A stretch of 64,000 nt of DNA. Source: an uncultured cyanobacterium (GTDB lineage Bacteria > Cyanobacteriota > Cyanobacteriia > Cyanobacteriales > Nostocaceae). Location: the NCBI GenBank assembly GCA_963706595.1, contig OY970166.1:5248001-5312000 (forward strand). The letters run 5' to 3'. A model generated the notes under the pieces. It ran no database searches and was not told where the DNA came from. It saw nothing but the letters and a program-made list of their open reading frames with translations. Position 1 is the stretch's first letter, and every line of letters starts with the position of its first letter. This document shows, piece by piece, positions 10,504 to 21,428 of the stretch. A program made the position numbers and the translations under genes.

Positions 10504-11837
10504 TTAAAACATCCTCTTAGCATCAGGTAATAAAGTTTCAATTTCTCGTAGATTAGGTAAACTATAAGCAGATATTCCTACAATAATTAAACCCACCGAA
10601 GAAAGTGTATATAAAAGAGCAATTCCACTCCCATTTCCTACTCCAAAAATTCCACCAAAAATTCTAGTTAAGAATCCTCCTGGCTCCATCGCTGGTGTAA
10701 ACAGTTGGTCAGTTAAAAACCCTGCTATTAATTTCGCCAGAGGAGAAGCAACACCAATTAAAGCGGAACTAGTAGCAATGATTCGTCCCTGTATATTCGC
10801 TTCTACTTTGGTTATTATAATTGCTTGTTTAGCACTACCCATAATCGGAAAACTAATTGAGGATAGGAATTGAGTGGGAAACCAAATTAATAGGTTTTGT
10901 CCCATACCAAACACAGTTTTACTTAACCGGCTCCCATTATACTCCACAAAAATAAATCGATTTTTCTACCTTTAATTTGCCATACACTAATAACTATTGA
11001 ACCAAAAATGCCACCAATTCCTGCTGCTGCACTCACTATTCCTAAAAGTTGAGTATCATTGCCACTGCGCGCCAAAATCATCGGTGAATAAAGAGTTTTG
11101 CCAATATCATGGGAAAATTGGAAAAGGGCTGCAATTATTATCAATGAGAGCAAACTGGGGCGAGTGAAGATATATTCAAAACCAAATTTAATTTGCTGCC
11201 ACAGAGAGGAACGAGGTTTAATTTCTGTTGGTGAAGGAGAGGTGGATAGAGGATGAGGAATAGTTACAAATAAGACAGTTGTAACAGCAACTATAAAAGT
11301 TAGGATATCAACACACAGGATTCCTAATAAATCTACAACCGGATATAAAACACCAGCAACTGCTGGAGCAATAATTACAGAACCATAATGTAATGCCGAA
11401 CCCATGCCACTGGCGCGAGTATAACCCTCTGGGGGAACAAGCATTGTAATCGAAGCAGTATAAGCAAGTTTCTGTAAACGTGCAAATGCACCATTAAACG
11501 CCCCTGTCAAGTACAAATGCCAAAGTTCTAAATTATCCGTAAGATAAAGTAACAATATGATCATGGTTGAGCAGCCTACTACTGTATCCCCCAGAATCAT
11601 TAACTTTTTACGGGAAAACTGATCGGCGATCGCCCCAGCCAGTGGAGAAATTAGCAAAGCTGGCACTTCTGTAAAAAATGCCAGTAATGCAATGGGAGTT
11701 GCTTGTCCGGTCGAGTTCCATAGCCAAATCGTGAGTGCAAAGCGAGTCATATAGCTACCAATTGTGGAAGCCATTTGACCACTCCAGACAATTATAAACG
11801 TGCGCCAATTGGTGGGTGGGGTTAAAAACTGCATCAA
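10504..11837 (-). pseudogene. MFS efflux transporter split by a 1-bp frameshift near 10925
   Basis: ORFs 10923-11837 and 10504-10947 join as ...MGAG|LSKTVFGMG... if one T is restored (GGTTAAGT to GGTTTAAGT). MFS motif GAIADQFSRKK. Confidence 0.8.
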
Positions 11838-11908
11838 TATTTGATTCTATTTATTGCTATAGATATGCATTAACTTGTGTAACTTATGATATTCTATGCC
11901 ATATTGGC

Positions 11909-11931
11909 AATTGAGAATAGTTTTGATTATT
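11909..11931. promoter_or_regulatory. Putative Fur box upstream of the MFS gene
   Basis: AATTGAGAATAGTTTTGATTATT, an imperfect AT-rich palindrome in a siderophore cluster promoter region. Confidence 0.45.
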
Positions 11932-12015
11932 TTACTGGTTTTCATCTAGTCCGGTTCCGGACTTAACCCCTGAGAACCAGCATAACCCCGTGTTGGAATC
12001 GTATTTCTATCCGGT

Positions 12016-12036
12016 AATTGAGATAATTTCTTAATT
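12016..12036. promoter_or_regulatory. Putative Fur box in the divergent MFS/PKS promoter region
   Basis: AATTGAGA-TAATT-TCTTAATT near-perfect palindrome. Confidence 0.55.
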
Positions 12037-12370
12037 TTTATCTTAAAATATCGGCAAATTGATGCTAGTATTCTATGAGTCAATTGAAAGTAACTTCTAA
12101 GAGTGAACGAGCAATTGGTAGGCAGGAGCAAAAATAACTATGGTTGACGTGAGTTTAACCGGATCACCTTTGATGCGATGCTTCACTCAACTGAAGCCAC
12201 GTCAGGGGGTTTGATTGTGCTAGTTGAAGTCAAGCATCAATGATTTAACTGATTTAACTGATTTACGAATGTGCCATAAGTCTCATCGTTCATTGATGAG
12301 TAATAAGATCGCGCTTTTGTCGTTGCGATCGCCTTTATCTCTATAAAATTTCCTTAATTCCCTTACTGCA

Positions 12371-15300
12371 ATGACTCCTCTGAAAGAGATCGCGTCTTTA
12401 CCGTTTGTAGCAACTCTGGTGAGTTTATTAACCCATCGAGCCAAACATCAACCCCTAGAAATTGCTTTTACCTTTCTCAATTATGGGGAAACTGAATCGA
12501 CGAGTTTAACCTATGCAGAATTACATCGTGCGGCTTGTAGTTTAGCAGTGCGGTTACAAACTCTAAATTTAGTAGGAGAACGCGCTCTCATCTTGCATCA
12601 ACCAGGATTCAACTACCTGATCGCTCTATTCGGATGTTGGTATGCAGGAGTAGTTGCTGTTCCCGCTTATCCACCACGCAATCAGCGTAACGCCGGTAGG
12701 ATTCAAAGTATTGGGGTTGATGCACAAGTATCGGCAGTTTTCACAGAAGAAAACAATTTGGCTAATACTCGTCAATGGTTAGAACCGGTTTTGGATATCC
12801 AACACTTGCACTGGTTCACACCCAAAGAATTTTTTATAGACTGTGCAGACATCTGGGAACATCCGCCCATTCATGACAATACCCTTGCCTTCTTACAATA
12901 CACTTCTGGTTCAACAGGAAATCCAAAAGGAGTCATGCTGACTCACCGCAACTTATTAGCTAACTCGGCGGTGATTCAGAAAAAAATTGGCAGTAGTTCG
13001 GAAGATGTGGCTGTGACTTGGCTTCCCCCGTATCACGATATGGGCTTGATTGGAGGTATTCTTCACCCTCTTTATATAGGATGTCACTGTATCTGGATGA
13101 GTCCGGTTTCCTTTTTACAACAACCACATCGTTGGTTAAAAGCAATCTCTGATTATAGAGGGACAATCAGTGTTGCTCCTAATTTTGCTTATCAATTGTG
13201 TCTCGATAAAATTTCCTCTGAACAACGACAAAGCCTAGATTTAAAGACTTGGCGCGTGGCTTTGACTGGTGCTGAACCTATCCGTCCTCAAACTTTAAAA
13301 CAATTCTCTCAAGTCTTTGCTGAGTGTGGCTTTGAATATAAAAAATTCTATCCCTGCTATGGGTTAGCAGAAGCAACATTAATAGTTACCGGCGGCGATC
13401 CTGAAACATCACCAGAGATGCAGAATTTTAGTATTACTGCACTGAGGGAAAATCGCGCGGTTTCCACTGATGATCCCACAGATATGCAAACTTTTATTAG
13501 TTGTGGTCAACCGCCCCAAGCACAAGAAATTGTGATTGTGAATCCTGAAACATTAGCCAGGGTTCAACCCCATGAAATTGGTGAAATTTGGGTAGCTAGT
13601 GAAAGTGTTGCTCAAGGCTATTGGGGAAAAGACAAAGAGACAGCACAAACCTTTCAAGCCTATCTGCCAGATATTCCCAACCAACCGTTTCTCCGGACAG
13701 GGGACTTAGGAACTTATCAAAATGGAGAACTCTATGTTACGGGCAGATGTAAGGATATTATTATTATTCGGGGTCGCAACTATTATCCCCAAGATATTGA
13801 ACAAACAGTAGAACAAGCCCATTCAGGACTCAGAAAAAACTGTGGCGCAGCGTTTGGGATTACTCATTCTGAGATTGAGCAATTAGTGGTTGTGCAAGAA
13901 GTTGAACGAAATTATCGTCATCAGCCATTAGAACCCATAATTAAGGCAATTCGGGAGGCTATTTCTCAGCAGCATAATTTACAAGTTGCTAGTATTGTTT
14001 TGATTAAACCGACCACAATTCCTAAGACATCAAGCGGTAAGATTCAGCGTCAGGCGTGTCGGCAGATGTTCTTGGATGGGGAGTTAGAGATTTTAGATCA
14101 ATGGCATTTAAAGACTCAAGGACAAACAGCCTCGACCTACTCGGTAACAGATGTTCAGAGTTGGTTGGTAGCTAAATTAGCAGAAATACTTCATTGTTCT
14201 CCACAAGAAATTGATATTTATGCTGAATTTGCTAGTTATGGTTTAGATTCTGTGGCAATGGTAAGTTTAAGTGGTGAGTTAGAAAACTGGCTAGAAACAA
14301 GTTTAGATCCAACCTCAGCATACAATTATCCGACGATCGCTTCCCTCTCTAACTATCTCAGTCAACCTCATTCCCCTGTTTTCACTGCTACCGAAAACAC
14401 GCGATCGCGCAATACTGAAACCATTGCCATTATTGGGGATAGTTGCCGATTTCCACAAGCAGATACCCCGGAAGCCTTTTGGGAACTGTTACGCAGTGGC
14501 AAAGATACTGTGAGCGAGAAACCGTGCGATCGCCCTAACATCAGTATGCCCGGTAATTTTTTAAAGGACGTTGCTGCTTTTGATGCTGAATTTTTCCGTA
14601 CTGCCCCCCGTGAAGCCAAATATCTTGATCCCCAACAACGTCTGCTTCTAGAAGTTACTTGGGAAGCCCTAGAACGAGCAGGTATTGCCCCTGCTTCTTT
14701 AGCTGGAAGTAAGACAGGAGTATTTATTGGCATCAGCAGTCATGATTATTTTCAACTCCAGTCCGCCAACGTTGTTAATGCTTACACCGCAACGGGAAAC
14801 GCCCATAGTATTGCTGCCAACCGCATTTCCTACTTCTTAGACTTACAAGGGCCGAGTCTTGCTGTCGATACCGCCTGTTCTTCTTCTTTGGTGGCGGTTC
14901 ATTTGGCTTGTCAAAGTTTGCAGCAACAAGAGTGTGATTTGGCAATTGTTGGGGGAGTGAATCTGATTCTTGCCGATGCTTTAAATACTGGACTGGCTGC
15001 GGGGAATATGATTGCCCATGATGGACGTTGCAAAACCTTTGCTGCTAGTGCAGATGGTTATGGCAGAGGAGAAGGCTGTGGGGTCGTGATTCTCAAACGA
15101 GTCAGTGAAGCACAGGGCGATCGCATTTTAGCTGTGATTTCAGGGTCTGCCATCAACCAAGATGGACGCAGTAACGGCTTAACTGCCCCCAATGGACGCT
15201 CTCAACAAGCGGTGATTCGCCAAGCCCTTGCCAACGCCAGTGCAACTCCTGACCAATTAGGGTACATTGAAGCCCACGGCACAGGAACACCATTAGGAGA

Positions 15301-18300
15301 TCCTATTGAAGTTGCTGCCATCCAAGCTGTGTTATCCACCGGAGAACGGCAACAGCCCTGTCTTCTCAGTTCAGTGAAAACCAATATTGGACATCTAGAA
15401 GCAGCCGCAGGTATTGCAGGTTTAATCAAAGTCGTACATTCATTACAGCATCAAGAAATTCCCCAGCATCGACTATGGGATGAACTCAACCCACATCTGC
15501 GACTAGATTCACACACAGTAAAAATTCCCACTGTCACCCATCCTTGGTCATCAAGTCAGCCCTTGATGGGAGTCAGTTCTTTCGGCTTTGGTGGAACCAA
15601 TGCTCATGTTATTGTTGCTCCACCACCCCCTGCGCTACAGCCAGAACCGGAAATAGAGCGATCGCGCCATATATTCACCCTGGCGGCGAAAACCGCAACG
15701 GCACTGCAAACGCTAATTCAACGCTACCAAGATTATCTCAAAGATAATTCTGAATCTGTCCTGGCTGATATTTGTTTTACAGCCAACCTCGGACGCTCCC
15801 CATTTGCTCATCGTATAGCAATAACAGCAGCCAGTATTGCAGAACTGCAACAACAACTAGCTCAAGTTCTTCCCCACCCTTGCCATCGACAAACTTCTCC
15901 CAAAATAGCCATGCTGTTTACTGGACAAGGATCACAACGTCCCAATCTAGGTCGGCAGCTGTATGAAACACAACCAGTTTTTCGGGAAGTTTTAGATCAG
16001 TGCGATCCCATTTTACAAGAAATATTACCAACATCATTACTAACGGTACTGTATGGCGGAGATACTTCTGACATCCATCAAACTAGCTACACGCAACCTG
16101 TTTTATTTGCTGTTGAATATGCTTTAGCAAAACTATGGCAGTCTTGGGGCGTTACCCCTGATGTAGTTTGCGGACACAGCATTGGCGAGTATGTAGCAGC
16201 CTGTTTAGCGGGAGCATTTTCATTAGAAGACGGGCTAAAGTTAGTCACAGCACGCGGAAAATTGATGGCTAGTATCTCCACACCAGGAGAGATGCACGCA
16301 GTTTTTGCTGAGGAAGCAATAGTTAGGGAAGCAATCACCCATCATCCCCAAGTTGCCATTGCTGCAATTAATACACCCCAACAAGTGGTCATTTCTGGAG
16401 AAGACAACGCTGTTTCTGCTGTATTAGAACAACTTCATACCCAAGGAATCACTACCAAAGCCCTGAAGGTATCACAAGCCTTTCATTCTCCTCTCATGAA
16501 CCCGATTTTAGCGGAATTTCGAGACTTTGCCAGCCAAATTAAGTTCTCTCCTCTGCAACTACCTCTAGTATCTAATGTCACCGGAACAGTCCAAGCCCCA
16601 GGAACCATTTTAGACGCTGACTATTGGTGTCGTCATTTACGAGAAACAGTGAATTTTGCACCAGGAATAAAATCTCTCCCACCGTGGGGTATTGATATTT
16701 TCTTAGAAGTGGGATCCCATCCTACCTTATCAGCATTAGTACAACAAACACTACCGCAAAATACAGCTTTTTATTTACCCTCTTTACATCACCAGCGAGA
16801 TGATTGGGAACAACTATTAGATAGTTTAGCCCAGATGTATTTACAAGGAGTCAAGATTGATTGGGCAGGTTTTGATGCCCCTTATACTCGTCAAAAAATC
16901 ATCTTACCCACTTATCCGTTTGCTAAATCACATTATTGGTTAGATACAACTTCCTATCCCCAGCAATTTCCCTTTAAAGAACTGAGGTTTCAACTAGAAA
17001 TTGCTCCAGAAGCATTTGCATTAGTTCCAGAGTTGCCCCTTTCTGCTTATCAAGATATCGCCAAAACAGCAGGGAATTTATTTTTCCCAACTCAGCCATA
17101 TCAGGTTGATAAATTAATTATTGAAACACCATTAGTTTTAGACCAAAATAAAATATTGCAAGTTGTAGTGACTCCTGAAAAATCCCTAAAAGCAACTTGG
17201 CAGTTATTTAGTCAACAGGGAGAAGATTGGTTATTGCACGCTTCAGCTACCTTGCTTTCTATGACTGAAGCCGAAAAATATGACATTAAATCTCCCACAG
17301 AAGTATGTGAGAACCTTACACCATTTATAGACGAAATTAACCAAGTTTATCAACTTAATCACTATCAAGAAATTCATCACCAATTAGAAAATTTCAGCGT
17401 TGTATATATCTTAAACGCACTACATACTTTAGGTAAAAATCTAGAAATCAATGAGATATTTTCCACAAGGGAACTTATTCAAGAACTATCAATTGTAGAA
17501 CAGCATCATCAACTTTGCCAAAGACTCCTAGAAATTCTCGCAGAAGAGGGCATTTTAGAAAGTACAGAAAACGGTTGGCAAGTGCTAAAAAATCCTCATA
17601 TTTCCCATCCCGATGTAAAAATAAATTCGCTGATCCATTCTTATCCTGAAGCACTTGCTGAACTGACACTTTTACAAAACTGTGGCTCAAATTTAGCCGC
17701 CGTTTTACAAGGGAAATGCGATCCCTTAAAACTGATTTTTCCTGATAATGATGTCAGCCTGGCCACACAACTCTATCAAGATTCACCTCCGGCGAAGGCA
17801 ATGAATGATTTATTGCAAAAAGTCTGCGTAAGTGCATTAGAAAAATTTCCGCAAAATCAAATTATTCAATTCCTAGAAATTGGCGCAGGAACAGGGGGGA
17901 GTACCGCTTATATATTACCCGATTTAGCCCAACGTGCGGCACAATATACCTTTACTGATGTTGCTCCTTTATTCCTGTTCAACGCTCAGAAAAAATTTGC
18001 CGAATATTCCTTTATTTCTTATCAACGCTTAGATATTGAACAAGACATCACAGCACAAAATTTTCCTCAACACAACTACAACATTATTATTGCAGCCAAT
18101 GTGCTTCATGCCACAGAAAACTTAACTGTCAGCCTCCAACAGATCAAACAACTGTTAGCCCCCAACGGATTACTGATTTTATTAGAAGGAACACAACCAA
18201 CACGCTGGTTAGACTTAATTTTTGGCTTAACCACAGGTTGGTGGCGATTTAATGACCAATGGCGCAGCAATTATCCTTTACTGTCAGCATTACAATGGCA

Positions 18301-18883
18301 AACCTTACTAGAAAGTAGCGGTTTTCGGGAAGTTAGTACAATTACGCCCACTTCTCAACAAGGGATCATTATTGCCCAAAATGAAGAGTTTGAGGTAAAA
18401 CTACAGCCTATTTCAGAGAATCAGCAGAATCAGTGGCAAATCGAAAAAGAAGAAGCTCAAGCCTTTCTTAAAAAGTATCAAACTGCATCATTGAGCGAAC
18501 ATATTCCTTTACTAGAAACCTATGTTTGTACCAAAATTGCTAAAATTTTGCGTCTTTCTTCACCTGAAATAATTGATATTAATCAACCTTTTTTAGAGTT
18601 AGGAATGGATTCCCTGACAGCAGGGGAATTGGCAAATGATCTAGAAGAATATCTGGGAATTTCTCTTACTTCTACCCTCGCCCTTGAATATCCTACCGTT
18701 AGTGCCTTGGTTGGAGAACTGGAAACAAAGTTATCTGCAACAGTCGATAAACCACACTCTATCCCTGCTTTAACAGAAACTCCGTTACGCAATCAACCCA
18801 GCGATACTACAGAGCAAGAGTTAGAACAGCTTTCAGAAAAACAACTTGATGCCCTTCTTAAAGAAGTAATCCAAGAAGAATAA
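12371..18883 (+). CDS. Starter PKS: FAAL-ACP-KS-AT-(degenerate DH)-cMT-ACP
   Basis: [16 protein letters not shown] and [40 protein letters not shown] (malonyl-type); [11 protein letters not shown] and [16 protein letters not shown]. Confidence 0.93.
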   Translation: MTPLKEIASLPFVATLVSLLTHRAKHQPLEIAFTFLNYGETESTSLTYAELHRAACSLAVRLQTLNLVGERALILHQPGFNYLIALFGCWYAGVVAVPAYPPRNQRNAGRIQSIGVDAQVSAVFTEENNLANTRQWLEPVLDIQHLHWFTPKEFFIDCADIWEHPPIHDNTLAFLQYTSGSTGNPKGVMLTHRNLLANSAVIQKKIGSSSEDVAVTWLPPYHDMGLIGGILHPLYIGCHCIWMSPVSFLQQPHRWLKAISDYRGTISVAPNFAYQLCLDKISSEQRQSLDLKTWRVALTGAEPIRPQTLKQFSQVFAECGFEYKKFYPCYGLAEATLIVTGGDPETSPEMQNFSITALRENRAVSTDDPTDMQTFISCGQPPQAQEIVIVNPETLARVQPHEIGEIWVASESVAQGYWGKDKETAQTFQAYLPDIPNQPFLRTGDLGTYQNGELYVTGRCKDIIIIRGRNYYPQDIEQTVEQAHSGLRKNCGAAFGITHSEIEQLVVVQEVERNYRHQPLEPIIKAIREAISQQHNLQVASIVLIKPTTIPKTSSGKIQRQACRQMFLDGELEILDQWHLKTQGQTASTYSVTDVQSWLVAKLAEILHCSPQEIDIYAEFASYGLDSVAMVSLSGELENWLETSLDPTSAYNYPTIASLSNYLSQPHSPVFTATENTRSRNTETIAIIGDSCRFPQADTPEAFWELLRSGKDTVSEKPCDRPNISMPGNFLKDVAAFDAEFFRTAPREAKYLDPQQRLLLEVTWEALERAGIAPASLAGSKTGVFIGISSHDYFQLQSANVVNAYTATGNAHSIAANRISYFLDLQGPSLAVDTACSSSLVAVHLACQSLQQQECDLAIVGGVNLILADALNTGLAAGNMIAHDGRCKTFAASADGYGRGEGCGVVILKRVSEAQGDRILAVISGSAINQDGRSNGLTAPNGRSQQAVIRQALANASATPDQLGYIEAHGTGTPLGDPIEVAAIQAVLSTGERQQPCLLSSVKTNIGHLEAAAGIAGLIKVVHSLQHQEIPQHRLWDELNPHLRLDSHTVKIPTVTHPWSSSQPLMGVSSFGFGGTNAHVIVAPPPPALQPEPEIERSRHIFTLAAKTATALQTLIQRYQDYLKDNSESVLADICFTANLGRSPFAHRIAITAASIAELQQQLAQVLPHPCHRQTSPKIAMLFTGQGSQRPNLGRQLYETQPVFREVLDQCDPILQEILPTSLLTVLYGGDTSDIHQTSYTQPVLFAVEYALAKLWQSWGVTPDVVCGHSIGEYVAACLAGAFSLEDGLKLVTARGKLMASISTPGEMHAVFAEEAIVREAITHHPQVAIAAINTPQQVVISGEDNAVSAVLEQLHTQGITTKALKVSQAFHSPLMNPILAEFRDFASQIKFSPLQLPLVSNVTGTVQAPGTILDADYWCRHLRETVNFAPGIKSLPPWGIDIFLEVGSHPTLSALVQQTLPQNTAFYLPSLHHQRDDWEQLLDSLAQMYLQGVKIDWAGFDAPYTRQKIILPTYPFAKSHYWLDTTSYPQQFPFKELRFQLEIAPEAFALVPELPLSAYQDIAKTAGNLFFPTQPYQVDKLIIETPLVLDQNKILQVVVTPEKSLKATWQLFSQQGEDWLLHASATLLSMTEAEKYDIKSPTEVCENLTPFIDEINQVYQLNHYQEIHHQLENFSVVYILNALHTLGKNLEINEIFSTRELIQELSIVEQHHQLCQRLLEILAEEGILESTENGWQVLKNPHISHPDVKINSLIHSYPEALAELTLLQNCGSNLAAVLQGKCDPLKLIFPDNDVSLATQLYQDSPPAKAMNDLLQKVCVSALEKFPQNQIIQFLEIGAGTGGSTAYILPDLAQRAAQYTFTDVAPLFLFNAQKKFAEYSFISYQRLDIEQDITAQNFPQHNYNIIIAANVLHATENLTVSLQQIKQLLAPNGLLILLEGTQPTRWLDLIFGLTTGWWRFNDQWRSNYPLLSALQWQTLLESSGFREVSTITPTSQQGIIIAQNEEFEVKLQPISENQQNQWQIEKEEAQAFLKKYQTASLSEHIPLLETYVCTKIAKILRLSSPEIIDINQPFLELGMDSLTAGELANDLEEYLGISLTSTLALEYPTVSALVGELETKLSATVDKPHSIPALTETPLRNQPSDTTEQELEQLSEKQLDALLKEVIQEE

Positions 18884-18944
18884 GCTAAAACTTCTCACTC
18901 TTTAACCATTTTTTCTAAATCCCTGAACTATTTCCCTACTCAAG

Positions 18945-21419
18945 ATGGCTCAATTACCACAAGATATTGCTAATTTATCCGAATCAGAAAAACGTACCCT
19001 TTTAGCCAAACTACTAGCGAAAACAGGGCAGTCTGTGCAAACTTTTCCTTTGTCTTTTGCCCAACAACGGTTATGGTTTATCGATCAAATGGAACCGGAA
19101 GACTGCGCCTATAATATTCCTGTCGCAGTGCGTCTCACAGGTCAACTCAAGGTAGCTGTTTTAGAACAAAGCGTTAATGCCTTGATTGAACGCCATGAAA
19201 CCCTCCGCACCTCTTTCATCACAATTAAGGGAGAACCGAAACAGGTAGTTGTACCTAAACTCACTATCACCATTCCCTTGATTAATTTGCATGGTGTGGA
19301 AGAAGAAGCAACAGTAATTAACCAGTTTGCCCGTGAAGAAGCGCAAACACCTTTTCATCTCAGTCAAGCTCCTTTGCTGCGGGTGAAGTTATTGCAAATT
19401 CATCCAACAGAACACATCCTCTTGCTAACCATGCACCACATTGTGTCTGATGGTTGGTCGATGGGGATATTAGTGCGAGAATTGGCAATCCTCTACGAAG
19501 CATTTTCCCAAGGTAATCCCTCTCCATTACCTAAACTCCCGATTCAGTATGGGGATTATAGCGTTTGGCAACGTCAATGGTTGCAAGGAGAGGTTTTAGA
19601 CTCTCTCTCATCTTATTGGAAACGGCAATTAGGAGGCAGCAAGACCGTTCTTCCTCTCCCCAAGGAGAGTTCGTTGGAGAAGGGAAAAACAACCCAAGGA
19701 GGAACTATATCCTTTCATTTCCCTCCAGAAAAACTACAACAACTAAAACAGATTTGCCATCAGGAAGGGGTGACATTGTTCATGTTGCTATTAGCTGCAT
19801 TTAAGACGCTGTTATGGCACTACACAAATGCAGAAGATATTACCGTGGGAACAGATGTCGCCAATCGTAATCGCTCAGAAACTGAAACGTTAATTGGCTT
19901 TTTTGTCAATATTTTAGTTTTACGCACCGATCTTTCCCAAAATCCCACCTTTCGGGAACTCTTGCAACGGGTACGACAAGTTGCACTAAAAGCATACGCC
20001 CATCAAGACTTACCGTTTAGCAAGTTAGTAGAGGAATTGAAACCCGAACGAAAAGCGGGTCAAACTCCTTTATTTGAGGTGCTGTTTGTGTTACAAAATA
20101 CACCTTTACCTAAATTTAAAACCTCTGATTTACAACTAGGTGCGATCGCCATCAATGATCAAACTTCTAAATTCAATTTAGGGTTCTTTGTCGCGGAACG
20201 AGAAAGCGGTTTATTAGGCACATGGCGTTATCGCTCAGAGTTATTTAATTCTAGCACGATTGAACAAATGTCAATGCGCTTCACCGCATTATTAAACAGT
20301 GTCATTGCTAACCCTAACACTAGACTAAAACAACTTGATTTCCAAACTCCAGCCGAAAAAGATCAGAAAATGAAACAACAGCAAAAAAGCAACCCCATTA
20401 GGATTAAATCTTTGAAAACAATTAAGCCAAAACTAGTTAATATTAATCATAGTTCTTTGGTGAAATTCGATTATTTAGATCAGAATAAACTCCCATTAGT
20501 GATTCAACCTGCTGTTACAGATGTGGATTTAGTTAGTTGGATAGAACAGCATCGAGACTATATTAATACCGAACTACTCAAACACGGCGGGATTTTATTT
20601 CGAGGATTTAATATCCAAACTGCTGCTGATTTTCAAACTGTAGCAGAAGCTATTTCCACCTTATTTGATGAATACAACGACTTACCCAGAGAAAACTTAA
20701 CACATAAGGTTTACGGTGCAACGCCTTATCCGGCTGATTTACCAATCTTATTTCATAATGAAAGTTCTCATATGCACCGCTTTCCCCAAAAAATTTGGTT
20801 TTTCTGTTTGAAAGCAGCCCAAGCAGGTGGAGAAACTCCTATTGTCGATTGTCGCAAAATTTATCAACGACTAGACCCGAAGTTACAAGAAAAATTTGCT
20901 CAGAAAAAACTCATGTATGTGCGTAACTATATCCAAGATTTAGATGTTCCTTGGCAAGAATTTTTCCATACCAATGATAAAACAGAAGTTGAATTATTTT
21001 GTCGCCAAGCGGGAATGCAATGGGAATGGAAAGCAGAAAATATACTGCACACATCACAAATTAGTCCAGCAATTATTGAACATCCCAAAACAGGAGAAAA
21101 ATCCTTTTTTAATCAAATTCAATTGCACCATGTTTCTTGTTTAGACTCTCAAGTAAAAGAATCTTTACTGTCTCTCTTCTCCCAGAATGATTTACCTCGC
21201 AACGTACTTTATGGCGATGGTACTCCCATTGAGGAGGAAGTTGTGCAAGAAATTATGCAAATTTACCAAGAAGAACAGTGTAGTTTTCCTTGGCAAGAAG
21301 GAGATGTTCTCATGCTAGATAATTTAACAACTGCTCACGCGAGAAATCCTTATGTGGGAGAGCGAAAAACAGTTGTTGCTATGGGAGAAATCATTAATCA
21401 ATCAGAAGTTAATTTTTAA
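18945..21419 (+). CDS. NRPS condensation domain fused to a TauD/SyrP-like Fe(II)/2-oxoglutarate hydroxylase (putative Asp beta-hydroxylase)
   Basis: C-domain HHIVSDGWS; TauD FHNESSH, GGETPIVD and TAHAR. No A or PCP domain. Confidence 0.9.
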   Translation: MAQLPQDIANLSESEKRTLLAKLLAKTGQSVQTFPLSFAQQRLWFIDQMEPEDCAYNIPVAVRLTGQLKVAVLEQSVNALIERHETLRTSFITIKGEPKQVVVPKLTITIPLINLHGVEEEATVINQFAREEAQTPFHLSQAPLLRVKLLQIHPTEHILLLTMHHIVSDGWSMGILVRELAILYEAFSQGNPSPLPKLPIQYGDYSVWQRQWLQGEVLDSLSSYWKRQLGGSKTVLPLPKESSLEKGKTTQGGTISFHFPPEKLQQLKQICHQEGVTLFMLLLAAFKTLLWHYTNAEDITVGTDVANRNRSETETLIGFFVNILVLRTDLSQNPTFRELLQRVRQVALKAYAHQDLPFSKLVEELKPERKAGQTPLFEVLFVLQNTPLPKFKTSDLQLGAIAINDQTSKFNLGFFVAERESGLLGTWRYRSELFNSSTIEQMSMRFTALLNSVIANPNTRLKQLDFQTPAEKDQKMKQQQKSNPIRIKSLKTIKPKLVNINHSSLVKFDYLDQNKLPLVIQPAVTDVDLVSWIEQHRDYINTELLKHGGILFRGFNIQTAADFQTVAEAISTLFDEYNDLPRENLTHKVYGATPYPADLPILFHNESSHMHRFPQKIWFFCLKAAQAGGETPIVDCRKIYQRLDPKLQEKFAQKKLMYVRNYIQDLDVPWQEFFHTNDKTEVELFCRQAGMQWEWKAENILHTSQISPAIIEHPKTGEKSFFNQIQLHHVSCLDSQVKESLLSLFSQNDLPRNVLYGDGTPIEEEVVQEIMQIYQEEQCSFPWQEGDVLMLDNLTTAHARNPYVGERKTVVAMGEIINQSEVNF

Positions 21420-21428
21420 TTAGGGGTC

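Noticed and set aside
11946..12131. 61-aa ORF in the cluster promoter region (also 33361-33546)
   Set aside because: No RBS or motifs; they overlap putative Fur boxes.
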